The notes under the pieces: generated by a model
The model's database searches: none
What the model saw: only the letters and a program-made list of their open reading frames with translations
What the model was told of the DNA's origin: nothing
Program-made: the position numbers and the translations under genes
Shown: positions 1-8,546 of the stretch, in pieces
Position numbering within the stretch: the stretch's first letter is position 1
Layout of the letters: every line of letters begins with the position of its first letter
IMG/VR virus record: IMGVR_UViG_3300044785_000013
Coordinates: 1 to 35,576 of that record
Source of the DNA: a virus
Lineage: Duplodnaviria > Caudoviricetes
Reading direction: 5' to 3' (one strand)
DNA length: 35,576 nt

Positions 1-306
1 TGCACGCTCCGCGACGGGAGCCCCCATGGCGCCTGGTGCAAGCTCTGCTACCGGTGCACGCTTGGCGACAGGTGCACGCTCGGCGACTGGTGCAAGCTCG
101 GCGACAGGTGCACGCTCGGCGACGAGTGCACGCTCGGCGACGAGTGCACGCTCGGCGACGAGTGCACGCTCGGCGACGAGTGCACGCTCGGCGACGAGTG
201 CACTGCCGCGTACTGCTGCAAGCTCGGCAACAGGTGCACGCTCGGCGACGGGTGCACGCTCGGCGACGGGTGCAAGCTCGGCGACGGGTGCAAGCTCGGC
301 GACGGG
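1..306 (+). repeat. 18-bp tandem repeat, about 17 units, consensus TGCACGCTCGGCGACGRG
   Basis: Directly visible; a few units are degenerate (19-54, 199-216). Confidence 0.95.
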
Positions 307-513
307 TGCAGCGAACCTCAAGACTTGGGGGTAGTTACGGGGTATCGTGTCTGCCTTGCACAAGTATCGGGGGTGGCACACCTGGGGTCCGGGTGCCAGT
401 GGCTCACCTTGGCTGTGGCGGACGCCAGTGACTGGACGGCGGGAGTCGAACGTAAAGCAGTAGTCGCCTACGCAGCGACACTGGCGGCACTACGCGGCTG
501 GAGTGTGAAATGA
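1..513 (+). CDS. 5'-truncated hexapeptide-repeat (left-handed beta-helix-like) protein, (C-T/K-L-G-D-x)n plus a short C-terminal domain
   Basis: Frame +1 is open from base 1 to TGA 511-513. It gives 17 units such as CTLGDE/CKLGDG, then DLG...GYRVCL...GSGCQW...RGW (the listed 325..513 ORF is its tail). Its stop overlaps the next ATG (ATGA). Confidence 0.8.
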   Translation, partial: CTLRDGSPHGAWCKLCYRCTLGDRCTLGDWCKLGDRCTLGDECTLGDECTLGDECTLGDECTLGDECTAAYCCKLGNRCTLGDGCTLGDGCKLGDGCKLGDGCSEPQDLGVVTGYRVCLAQVSGVAHLGSGCQWLTLAVADASDWTAGVERKAVVAYAATLAALRGWSVK

Positions 514-776
514 GCAAACTACCTCAAGGCCCTGTTGTGATTCATGCGGATGAACTCGGCAAAGCGGCTCGCAAGGTGCTGCAAAAGTCCGCCATTGTGG
601 AGATTGCGTTTGACTTGCTGCGTGATGCCAGCCTAGGATATCCGCTCAAGGCACATAACGGAACAGTCACAGAGTGGTGGGGACAACCCACGCTCGACGC
701 GTGGGTCATCAAACACCGGTTACGCCCATTGCCCGTGACTGTGAACCGCGGGTCCGTCACTTTCTTTTCAACCTAA
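510..776 (+). CDS. Hypothetical protein, paralog A
   Basis: 88-aa ORF with ATGA coupling; alignable end to end with 836-1075. Confidence 0.85.
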   Translation: MSKLPQGPVVIHADELGKAARKVLQKSAIVEIAFDLLRDASLGYPLKAHNGTVTEWWGQPTLDAWVIKHRLRPLPVTVNRGSVTFFST

Positions 777-835
777 AACGCTGTCACGCGCGAGGGGCGG
801 CCTTGAGCGTAAGACCCCAAACCGGAAAGGACCCC

Positions 836-1075
836 ATGACACCTGCTCAATTGGGCAAGATCGCAAGCCGGGCACTTCAATCGCACCCCACTGTGGATAT
901 CCCGTTTGATGTGTTGAAAAGTGCCGGATTAGGATATCCCGCCACAATCCACAATGGCCGGGTTTTGGAGTGGTGGGCGCAAGACAAGCTGGATGCGTGG
1001 TGCACGACGCATCGCATACGTGTGTTGCCCATTCACTTCGCCAAGGGTTGCGTCGTTTTCTCTCGGGAGTTTTGA
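836..1075 (+). CDS. Hypothetical protein, paralog B
   Basis: ATG 836 follows an AAAGGA RBS; shares LGK..LQ..V.I.FD.L..A.LGYP...HNG.V.EWW.Q..LDAW...HR.R.LP with 510-776. Confidence 0.85.
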   Translation: MTPAQLGKIASRALQSHPTVDIPFDVLKSAGLGYPATIHNGRVLEWWAQDKLDAWCTTHRIRVLPIHFAKGCVVFSREF

Positions 1076-1077
1076 CC

Positions 1078-1263
1078 ATGGATGCCCCACGTAATGCGCT
1101 GGCCCGCAAAGATTACTCAGCCTGTGCCATCACGATTCGTTCCCTGTGGCGCTTTCGTCACTTCTCTTTGCCGCGGACCCGCAAGGATATCCGGGACGAA
1201 ATTCGATGGTTCATCATGTGCGCCAAGCGCGCAAAACAAGTCTTGAGGAGCACCGCATCATGA
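1078..1263 (+). CDS. Small basic hypothetical protein
   Basis: ATG 1078 follows GGGAG; packed tightly between its neighbours. Confidence 0.6.
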   Translation: MDAPRNALARKDYSACAITIRSLWRFRHFSLPRTRKDIRDEIRWFIMCAKRAKQVLRSTAS

Positions 1264-1469
1264 AATACTCATGCGTTTCGCAAGGTGCCGGGCAAACCGT
1301 GCACCTACTCCTTAACGACCTATTGGTGGGGCCAACCACCCCCAACACTCTTTGTGGTGTAGAACCCGCTGGGTGGTGGCGGGTCGAACGAGCTAGGACG
1401 GCAAGCTGCGACCACTGTTTGATATCCGCTATGGTCTTGAATTTCCCCACTCAAGGGCAGATGTCATGA
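1260..1469 (+). CDS. Small hypothetical protein, possible Zn-binding (H..LCG..CxxC)
   Basis: ATG 1260 follows a GAGGAG RBS, with ATGA overlap; motifs VH, TLCG, CDHC. Confidence 0.65.
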   Translation: MKYSCVSQGAGQTVHLLLNDLLVGPTTPNTLCGVEPAGWWRVERARTASCDHCLISAMVLNFPTQGQMS

Positions 1470-1544
1470 GCGTACAGGGATGTGTTGTGTGTCGCGAGGC
1501 AGCCGGGACCCAAGGCCCTTGGCCAAAATGGGGTGGGTGGCACC

Positions 1545-1856
1545 GTGCGAACCCTTGACGTCACCCAGCTTGAAGAAGCTGGAGAGGATGCCTCGTGCAT
1601 CCGTCGATTCCTCGAAACCCACGGTCCTACGGCGGTGGTCACACTGGCGTGGGCCGGGCAGTATGCAGAGCACCTGCATTGGTCCCGGCTGGCCGAACGG
1701 CTCTTGAGCAAACCAGGGCTTCGGCAGTACGATGCAGAGAAGGCCTTGGCGTGCCTGCTGTACCTCCGGCCGGCAGCCGGCCCCGTTGATTCAAAATCGT
1801 TCAATCAACACGTCGCGCTGTCGTTTACGGCGCTGTTCCTCGCAGAAGGAGCGTAG
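1545..1856 (+). CDS. Hypothetical phage protein
   Basis: Part of ORF 1482..1856; likely GTG start at 1545 (MRTLDVTQL...). Start uncertain. Confidence 0.6.
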   Translation: MRTLDVTQLEEAGEDASCIRRFLETHGPTAVVTLAWAGQYAEHLHWSRLAERLLSKPGLRQYDAEKALACLLYLRPAAGPVDSKSFNQHVALSFTALFLAEGA

Positions 1857-2207
1857 ATGCAACCCTTATTTATCGGCGGCCCAGCCCACTGGCACCCGGT
1901 CCCGCTTAAACACCGGCAACACCCGATTGGCTACGTTCTTGCGGTTAACGTGTCGGAATTCACTAACGATCCGGTGTTGCGCGCCAACGGTTGCACTACG
2001 TGGCCGATTCACGACCGGGCGAAGCCGCAACCAGGTGACCCGTACCGATATCGCGTCACGGTGCAGGCGTTCTACCGGTTGGAACTCACGACAGACCCCA
2101 ACAGCGTCATACGCACGCCCCATTTCATTTTCCAAGGCCTGACCGACGCGCAGGCAGCTCAAATTCTGCGCGAGGGAATCCGCACCACATGCGAGGATGC
2201 GCCATGA
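1857..2207 (+). CDS. Hypothetical protein (N-terminal LFIGGP motif common in small phage proteins)
   Basis: AAGGAG RBS; abuts the previous stop. Confidence 0.7.
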   Translation: MQPLFIGGPAHWHPVPLKHRQHPIGYVLAVNVSEFTNDPVLRANGCTTWPIHDRAKPQPGDPYRYRVTVQAFYRLELTTDPNSVIRTPHFIFQGLTDAQAAQILREGIRTTCEDAP

Positions 2208-2296
2208 TTCGCTTTCGAATCGCGCTCGCCGTGGTGGGGTTCCTGGCCTTCGTGGCAATGCTGGTTGCGGAGGCTTCCCAATGGCTCGCGATGTGA
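2204..2296 (+). CDS. 30-aa membrane peptide MIRFRIALAVVGFLAFVAMLVAEASQWLAM
   Basis: GAGGA RBS, ATGA overlap, one hydrophobic helix; too short for the ORF track. Confidence 0.5.
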   Translation: MIRFRIALAVVGFLAFVAMLVAEASQWLAM

Positions 2297-2415
2297 TTGC
2301 CGATGCACGTACCCTGGTGCGGAGGGATCCCGGGTTCGCTATTTGGATCCTGGTCTCTACCCTGCATTTCCCACTCAATCGCGCCATTCGGTGGGCGAGA
2401 AAGGTAAGACGATGA
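2281..2415 (+). CDS. 44-aa hypothetical protein
   Basis: GGAGG upstream of ATG 2281; its stop overlaps the ATG at 2412. Confidence 0.5.
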   Translation: MARDVIADARTLVRRDPGFAIWILVSTLHFPLNRAIRWARKVRR

Positions 2416-2705
2416 ACCCGATCGGCACGTTGGGCCAAGCGATGTTGGCTCAACAGGACACGCGCGAAGTCACGGCCCACGTCACGCAGGCGATCGATGC
2501 TCGCCTAGAACCCGGCACCTGGAAACTGCGCGAATTGATCAAGGGGCTTCGTTTGGTACGGGATCCCGGATATCCCGACCCGGCAAACCTCGCGGGGGTG
2601 TGGAAGCTGGACGGCACCAAACTCATCGAAGTCACCCCCCGAGAAAGTCACAGGCACCCGATCAGTGGGCACCTCGTGACTCGTCGCGGGTACAAGTCGT
2701 TTTAA
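2412..2705 (+). CDS. Hypothetical protein
   Basis: AAGGT RBS, ATG 2412; its stop overlaps the convergent primase stop. Confidence 0.65.
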   Translation: MNPIGTLGQAMLAQQDTREVTAHVTQAIDARLEPGTWKLRELIKGLRLVRDPGYPDPANLAGVWKLDGTKLIEVTPRESHRHPISGHLVTRRGYKSF

Positions 2706-5068
2706 GGTCCAGGCAGTTTGGGCAACTGCGCGGCCTGATAGTGCCGCGATATTTCTGCCGGGGATTGCAGGGCAAGCATCGGGTGGCCCTGGCGGATGAA
2801 AAGCTTCGGTTTCCCTCCGTCAGTCGCGATCACTTCCGGTACGCGCCCGTCCGGCAGGGCGGGGTGCCAGTCATAGCCCAGGTCCTGCATGATTTTGCGC
2901 CGGCTGTTCGGGGCAATGTTGCGCTTGATCCGTTCGAACAGCCGCCCCAGCGCGATTGAGCTGACCCAGCCCCCCGCAAAGCCCGGCTCATCACATTCGA
3001 TCGACTCCAGGATGTGCTGCTCCACGGACCCTAGTGACGCCCCGATTGCTTCCTCCGTGCTGGACGTGTCCGGTGCGCGAAAGCCGCGAGCGGGGTCCAG
3101 GTCGGGCGGAATTGGGTAGGTCCAAAGCATTTCCGACACCACTGCAAAGCCGGGCGGCTGCCCCGCGTACCGGTTCCGACCCTTCAACCAGTCAAACATG
3201 TCAATCAGGTAAGCGGCGGTGCGCTGTTCTCGCACCTGCCGCTCAGTCTGTTGTGCCGTGAAGAAAGGGGCGATGCGTCGATCGTTGCGGGTCTTTCGTA
3301 AACCATCCTTGTGGTTACTGTTCAGGATGAAATTACCGCACACCTCGGTTGTCACTTGGTCAACCCGCTTCGCTTCTATTTCCAACGCATCCCCGGTGAT
3401 CATCGGCTTGAGGTTCTCAAACACCTCCTCTTTCATCGCAGGGGTATAGATGTCTTCGACGCAATAGAGGGTGTGTCCGACCATCCAACTGTTAAATTGC
3501 GCAGTCAGCTTACTGGCGTGTGGCCAGTGTACGTACCTCTGCCCTATGGCTTCTGCCACGCATTTGGATAGGATAGTCTTGCCGTTCCCTTCAACACCTT
3601 GGATTAACGGGGCCCACTGAAACTTGATCCCCTGGCGCTGCACGCAGGCGGCCAAGTAGGCCAGTAGGATATCCCGATCCCGCGGCACGGGCAGGAGTCG
3701 CTCCAGAAGCCGCGTGAACGGGCTGTAATCACCGGCTATCCTAGGCACCTGCAGCGGCCACCACGTGTTGGCGGCTACCACGCCGTCCGGCAGGGTGATG
3801 AGGCTGCCTGGGGCTGCCAACGGACGGAAAACCGTTGTGTGTGCTCGGGGTGCCCGCAGCGCGTTTGACTGGATGAAAGCCTCCCAGGCGTCCCGGGTTA
3901 CTTTCAGGTTCGCGGTGTCCAGGTTATAAATGGCGCCGCCGTACCAGGCTTTGAAGTTTTCGGGTTTCACGCATTGGCCACCCGGAATCAGCACTTGGTG
4001 CTGATCCGCGATGTAGATGCAACCCGTGAAGAGGGTCACCTGATGTTCTACCGACACGAACGCTGAACCCGTCACACGTGCCGGCACCGCCGAACCCGGC
4101 GCGGCATCCACACGGGTGACGCCAGTTGGCAAGTTAGGCTCTTTGTCTTGCAGCACCTCCTTCTGCATGCCACAGGCTTTGGGGATCGTCAGTCCACAAA
4201 GGTACGTGACGTGCCGGTCCCATTTCTCCCGGGCCAGTTTGGATTGCCGCATCAGGCGTTCGATGCGTGGTGCGTCGCAACCAGTCCAAAAGGCCAGGTG
4301 CTGGGCGAGCGCTGCGTCAGCGCTGTTCCGGTCCCAGGTGTCGCCAGATGGGCTGGGGTATGCACGGGCTAGGGTATCCTGCCGGGCTTCCCACAGGTCA
4401 GCGAAGGATGCGCCACCACCGAACGCGGCGCGCGCCGACGTTGACTGCAATGCGCGCCGCAACAGGTCTTCGTCATCTACGGGGCCGCGCCAGTCTTCCC
4501 GGGGTCCCAAAAAATCCCCGACGTTTTCCACCACCTTCGGGGCGAAACCGGGGATCCGCTGCACCAACTGCACCAGGGCAGCGTCGTGCCGCGTGGCTGC
4601 GTCCCCCGTTGCGTTCCAACCCGTCAGGGCAATGAATCGTTTGCGGTGATACAGCTCAATGCGGTAGTCCGCATCCTTCGTGCCGTGCGGGGGAGGGGTG
4701 CCTGTGCCGATGATGTGCAGGCCCTCCCCGGATTGGGACACCTCCACTGCGGCGCCCGGGAAGAGCGCGCACACCTGTTGCGCAAACGTGGTCCAGGTGC
4801 CGTCGGGTTGTAGCTGGTGATCCAGATCGACGAAAAAGAACGGGTCCGTGTCAGCCAGGACAAAGCCCACGCCGAACGACTTACCGGCAGCCGTGGCGAT
4901 CGTCGCAGCGCGTTCGGCTGAAAGCCAGCAGGCGGGGTCATGAGCGTCATGCGGCCGTAAGGTGTGTGGGTGTACTGACACCTTGTCGGGTTTTGGGGTG
5001 GCAGTCACCAACTGCCACACGATGAACTGCTGGAACGCCTCTAAAGGAACCAACGGCGCGGGAAGCAT
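2702..5068 (-). CDS. NrS-1-like primase-polymerase fused to a helical bundle and an SF3/D5-type (DUF5906-like) helicase
   Basis: Prim-pol motifs FVDLDH, EVSQSGEGLHI, IELY..RFIALTG; helical bundle SADAALAQHLAFWTG..REKW; Walker A GVEGNGKT; NDRR motif. Confidence 0.9.
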   Translation of the reverse strand: MLPAPLVPLEAFQQFIVWQLVTATPKPDKVSVHPHTLRPHDAHDPACWLSAERAATIATAAGKSFGVGFVLADTDPFFFVDLDHQLQPDGTWTTFAQQVCALFPGAAVEVSQSGEGLHIIGTGTPPPHGTKDADYRIELYHRKRFIALTGWNATGDAATRHDAALVQLVQRIPGFAPKVVENVGDFLGPREDWRGPVDDEDLLRRALQSTSARAAFGGGASFADLWEARQDTLARAYPSPSGDTWDRNSADAALAQHLAFWTGCDAPRIERLMRQSKLAREKWDRHVTYLCGLTIPKACGMQKEVLQDKEPNLPTGVTRVDAAPGSAVPARVTGSAFVSVEHQVTLFTGCIYIADQHQVLIPGGQCVKPENFKAWYGGAIYNLDTANLKVTRDAWEAFIQSNALRAPRAHTTVFRPLAAPGSLITLPDGVVAANTWWPLQVPRIAGDYSPFTRLLERLLPVPRDRDILLAYLAACVQRQGIKFQWAPLIQGVEGNGKTILSKCVAEAIGQRYVHWPHASKLTAQFNSWMVGHTLYCVEDIYTPAMKEEVFENLKPMITGDALEIEAKRVDQVTTEVCGNFILNSNHKDGLRKTRNDRRIAPFFTAQQTERQVREQRTAAYLIDMFDWLKGRNRYAGQPPGFAVVSEMLWTYPIPPDLDPARGFRAPDTSSTEEAIGASLGSVEQHILESIECDEPGFAGGWVSSIALGRLFERIKRNIAPNSRRKIMQDLGYDWHPALPDGRVPEVIATDGGKPKLFIRQGHPMLALQSPAEISRHYQAAQLPKLPGP

Positions 5069-5074
5069 CGGGTT

Positions 5075-5461
5075 TTACTTTCGTGTTCTCATGTTTGATG
5101 TGTTCTTCGCCCGGGTGACCACGACCCAGTGGTCAGGGCAGGCGCAGCTTTGGCACCAGCACTGGTGGTCGATGGTCTCGTCGTAGGTCAACACCACAGG
5201 TGTCACGGTCGCGGCTAGGGTGAAAGGGTCAGGAATTGCGTCATCGGCAGCACGTTGCGCGGCGGCCGTTCGGAATAACTGCTCCATCTCACGGTGCACC
5301 CATTGGCTGCGCGGTTTTGGCACACCCGGGATTCTGTGACTGAACATCCCATACCCACGTGACGTGGTGCCTGTCCACAGCCAGCACCTGGTTTCAAGCT
5401 GGTCTGAGGCTAGCGCGACGTTGGCAACGAGTCGGCAATACCGGTTCAGGTACCGAGCCAC
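5075..5461 (-). CDS. HNH endonuclease-like protein with an internal insertion
   Basis: CWLWTG..GYG..WVHR and IDHQC..C..PDH..VT..N motifs. Confidence 0.8.
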   Translation of the reverse strand: MARYLNRYCRLVANVALASDQLETRCWLWTGTTSRGYGMFSHRIPGVPKPRSQWVHREMEQLFRTAAAQRAADDAIPDPFTLAATVTPVVLTYDETIDHQCWCQSCACPDHWVVVTRAKNTSNMRTRK

Positions 5462-5465
5462 GGAC

Positions 5466-5738
5466 TCACGCTGCTGCGGGGATGGATAGGTGGCCCTCTT
5501 CGATCGGTTGCGCGACCGTGGGGCCCGTTTCCCGCGTCAGAGCCAGGTACCACCAGGGTCCAATCTGCGCAACCAACATGGGCCCGGGGATGCGCTTAGT
5601 GTTGCGGATCCATCGAATCGTGCGCACCTCAATGCCGCACAACTGAGCCAGGGTCGAGAGGTTTAGCCGGGGGTCCAACAGCCGGCGCTTCAGTTCCAGG
5701 CCCAAAGCGTGGTCTTCGGTTTCGTGGGGGTATCTCAT
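5466..5738 (-). CDS. Small XRE/Cro-like helix-turn-helix protein
   Basis: LSTLAQLCGIEVRTIRWIRN..R.P fits the HTH pattern. Confidence 0.65.
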   Translation of the reverse strand: MRYPHETEDHALGLELKRRLLDPRLNLSTLAQLCGIEVRTIRWIRNTKRIPGPMLVAQIGPWWYLALTRETGPTVAQPIEEGHLSIPAAA

Positions 5739-6217
5739 AGCGTGCCTTCTCCAGTTGCGAACCGCGCGTCCCCGCCGGCTGCTTGTACCAATTGAATGAA
5801 TTTCAGTTGCGCGGGTTCTTCATCTCTGCCGGTGTAAACCCACCCGGGTTTCTTCATTTCTCGCGCTAGGAACTGACCTAGGATAGTACCCACATCGCGC
5901 TGTTCGATTCGCCTTTTACGCAAGCCGATGAAGTCGGACGACTTGAACACTTTGTTGACGGCCGAGCTGTCGTTGGCCAGCCCGAACCGCAGAAACGAAC
6001 CATCTTGCATGTAGCCGGCGCCGCAGTTGTTGCGCCAGAGGTAGTGACCTAGCCGGGCAGCTTCGAGGCGGATGACGCTTGACACCCAGGCTTCGCTTTT
6101 GCCAGATTCGGCCGGCGCCGCAACGTGCCCAACCACCCCAGTGCGCGCCCGCAGGTCTTCCAAGGCCGCGTAGGGGATGCCCCACGTAAGCGCCCACTCA
6201 TGCAGTACGTCAGACAT
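5735..6217 (-). CDS. VRR-NUC-like PD-(D/E)XK nuclease (putative Holliday junction resolvase)
   Basis: SE..V, LWRNNCG, SSDFIG, AREMK, QLKF..GG.A.F motifs. Confidence 0.85.
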   Translation of the reverse strand: MSDVLHEWALTWGIPYAALEDLRARTGVVGHVAAPAESGKSEAWVSSVIRLEAARLGHYLWRNNCGAGYMQDGSFLRFGLANDSSAVNKVFKSSDFIGLRKRRIEQRDVGTILGQFLAREMKKPGWVYTGRDEEPAQLKFIQLVQAAGGDARFATGEGTL

Positions 6218-6551
6218 TAAACAACTCCATCTGGTCTGGTTCCCAACGGTTACCCTTGCTGCAGTTCGAACGCCAAGGGATCACCCGCAGGTTCCAAGAC
6301 ACCGTTAAGCCGCACACGCGAGGATGCGTCAGCGGCACGATGTGGTCAAGGGTATGCAGCATACCGGTCATCCGGGTCATTGCGGCAGCCCAGGCCTTGA
6401 GCGCGTACAAGTCCCACCGATCAACCCAGGGCGGTGCGGACCGGACTACGGCTGCGATGTACTTACGCCGCTGGTGGTTTTGAATCCAGTGTGGGATATC
6501 CCCGACAATCACGCGTTTGCGGGACCGACCAACATAGTCAACCATACTCAT
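6210..6551 (-). CDS. HNH endonuclease
   Basis: PPW...LDHIVPL...VCGL.V.WNL.VI...N..K.N. Confidence 0.85.
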   Translation of the reverse strand: MSMVDYVGRSRKRVIVGDIPHWIQNHQRRKYIAAVVRSAPPWVDRWDLYALKAWAAAMTRMTGMLHTLDHIVPLTHPRVCGLTVSWNLRVIPWRSNCSKGNRWEPDQMELFNV

Positions 6552-6554
6552 ATC

Positions 6555-6887
6555 CTAGCAATCCTTTTCGAGTTTCGAGGCGAACCACTGCACGATATAC
6601 GCGAAGCCTTCGGTTTCTAGGATGTAATCCATCCCAACGTACAGCGCTACAGCTTGCGCGGCGTGAGTGGCTTCGTGGGCTATAACTGCGGTTCGGTCGC
6701 ACGGCGGCGCCCACACTCCAGCCACGATGCGCAGGTCTGGTGCGTTTGACCAGCCGCAGGCGCCCAAAGCGCACGGATCGGCGCGGCGTGGAGGTGTCAG
6801 CACGATGGCGGCTTTCCTGTCGAACGCCGCCGCTGAACGAACGGTGTAGAACCAGCCGCAGGAATAGATTGGTATGTGGTATTTCAC
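6555..6887 (-). CDS. Small HExxH-motif (zincin-like) phage protein
   Basis: IAHEATHAA followed by ETEGFAY. Confidence 0.7.
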   Translation of the reverse strand: MKYHIPIYSCGWFYTVRSAAAFDRKAAIVLTPPRRADPCALGACGWSNAPDLRIVAGVWAPPCDRTAVIAHEATHAAQAVALYVGMDYILETEGFAYIVQWFASKLEKDC

Positions 6888-8497
6888 TAGGCTATCCTGG
6901 CAGTCAGTGTGGCGGCGTCAGCCGCGTTCAGGGTTTGGGCTGTCAGGACATCAATACCATACTGGTGAAAAAATCTGCGTTGTGCGGTGGATAAGTCATC
7001 ACCTTCGATCATCCGCCAGCCACCCCACTGCGCCATCCGTTCGCGCAGGGCGCGCTGGGCCTCCTGCCGCTCCCAGTGGTGCTTGCGCATCGCGCCGAAA
7101 GCCGCAGGCCCCACCGCATGTGCCAGCCCGGGATTCGGTGCGCCGTCTATCCGGTCACGTTCTCCGAGTAGCGCTGTGATGAACTCTTGAGACAGCTCAG
7201 TCAAATCACCGTCTACCTCTTTGGGGGTGCTCCGGCCAGCCGGCTCCGGGTAAAAACCGCAGTATGGGCAGACTTTCAGTACCCGCTCATATGGCTGTAT
7301 GCACTCCCGGCACACCGTCAGTGGGATGGCGTCCGTGGCACCAGAGCGCACCCCACGGGACTGGTTGTCGAGCGTCCACACCCTGGGGATGTTTGGAAGT
7401 TTGTGTTCCCGGACATTGCCGACGTGATCGATGATGATCGCGAATTCCTTGCCTTCTAGGATACGCACGGCCCGACCAAATTGCTGCAGGTACAGCGCGA
7501 GGCTTTTTGTGGGCCGTGCCATGCTCACGACTTCGATTGCTGGTAAATCGAAACCCTCACCGAACATGTCAACGTTGACCAGTTGCAGAATCTCGCGGCG
7601 CTCGAACCGGCGCAGGATAGCCGAGCGAAGCACCGTAGGTGTCTGGTATGTCACCACTTCGGCGGGCACCCCGCGATCGTTGAACGCTTGCGCGTACTTT
7701 TGGGCTTCCTCAATATCCACTGCGAAGGTGACACCCAGCTTGCCAGCCGCATATTTCAGGTAGCAGCGCACCACGTCGCCGACGATCTTCTTGCTTGCGC
7801 GTACCGCCGCGCGCAAGGGTTTGTCGGAGTATTCCCCGCTCGCACCAATCGGCACATTCTGCAGTTGGATATCCGAGGGCGGGCAGAAGACACGGTACCG
7901 CGATAGGTACCCCTCTGCAATAAGCTGGCTCATCGTGGGTCCGACAATCATGTGATCCATGACGCCGCACGCGTGACGCCCTAGACCTTTCCCGTCCGCA
8001 CGTTGCGGTGTGGCCGTCACACCGAACCCGTATGCGTTCGGAAAGTGGCTGATAGCCCGGCCCCATTTGTTGTCGCGCAAGAGGTGGTGCGCTTCGTCCA
8101 TCACCCACAGGCCTACGCGCCCAAACCACGGATCATCGCGGCTGTTGGCATCAAGTAGCATGTCAACGCCGATTACGCGGCACTGACTTTCAGGGTGGTG
8201 GAAGTGGTGGCCGAATCGGTCGATTTGAAGCGCTATGATGTCCCGCTGCACGGCCGGGGGTGCCCCCAAGGCATGTCGAATCCCGTTTTTGCACAAAGCT
8301 AGGCTGATTTGCGAAACCAGCTCGCGCCGGTGCGCCATCACGCAACATGCTCCACCATAGTTGCGCACGATGTCTGAGAAGATCACCGTTTTCCCAGACC
8401 CCGTGGGGGCCACAGCTAGGACGTTGCGACGCTTCTGCCAAGCCTCGTACGTCTGGCCAACAATCGATTTTTGGAAGGGATGCAGTACGATTGACAT
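6887..8497 (-). CDS. SF2 DEAH-box helicase with a C-terminal Zn finger
   Basis: APTGSGKT, DEAHH, TATP, EGFD, QQFGRAVR, CREC..CPYC. Confidence 0.95.
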   Translation of the reverse strand: MSIVLHPFQKSIVGQTYEAWQKRRNVLAVAPTGSGKTVIFSDIVRNYGGACCVMAHRRELVSQISLALCKNGIRHALGAPPAVQRDIIALQIDRFGHHFHHPESQCRVIGVDMLLDANSRDDPWFGRVGLWVMDEAHHLLRDNKWGRAISHFPNAYGFGVTATPQRADGKGLGRHACGVMDHMIVGPTMSQLIAEGYLSRYRVFCPPSDIQLQNVPIGASGEYSDKPLRAAVRASKKIVGDVVRCYLKYAAGKLGVTFAVDIEEAQKYAQAFNDRGVPAEVVTYQTPTVLRSAILRRFERREILQLVNVDMFGEGFDLPAIEVVSMARPTKSLALYLQQFGRAVRILEGKEFAIIIDHVGNVREHKLPNIPRVWTLDNQSRGVRSGATDAIPLTVCRECIQPYERVLKVCPYCGFYPEPAGRSTPKEVDGDLTELSQEFITALLGERDRIDGAPNPGLAHAVGPAAFGAMRKHHWERQEAQRALRERMAQWGGWRMIEGDDLSTAQRRFFHQYGIDVLTAQTLNAADAATLTARIA

Positions 8498-8519
8498 GGC
8501 CGGGATCCTATCCTAGGAT
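8491..8519 (+). promoter_or_regulatory. Sigma70-type promoter for the rightward replication block
   Basis: TTGACA (8491-8496), 17-bp spacer, TAGGAT (8514-8519), upstream of an AAGGA RBS and ATG 8547. Confidence 0.8.
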
Positions 8520-8534
8520 GCGGCCACTTTGCAA
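8505..8534 (-). promoter_or_regulatory. Overlapping leftward sigma70-type promoter, probably giving a leaderless helicase mRNA
   Basis: The minus strand reads TTGCAA, 18 bp, TAGGAT, 7 nt, then the helicase ATG (8497). Confidence 0.5.
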
Positions 8535-8546
8535 AGGACCTTCTCG

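Noticed and set aside
1-306. 18-bp repeats as a CRISPR array or DGR variable region
   Set aside because: There are no unique spacers and the units are in-frame hexapeptides. Most variable positions would be compatible with adenine mutagenesis, but no reverse transcriptase or template repeat is present in the window.
26-431. Listed ORFs 26..334, 36..431 and 48..293
   Set aside because: They are alternative frames of the tandem repeat. Frame +1 gives a recognisable motif and couples to the next gene.
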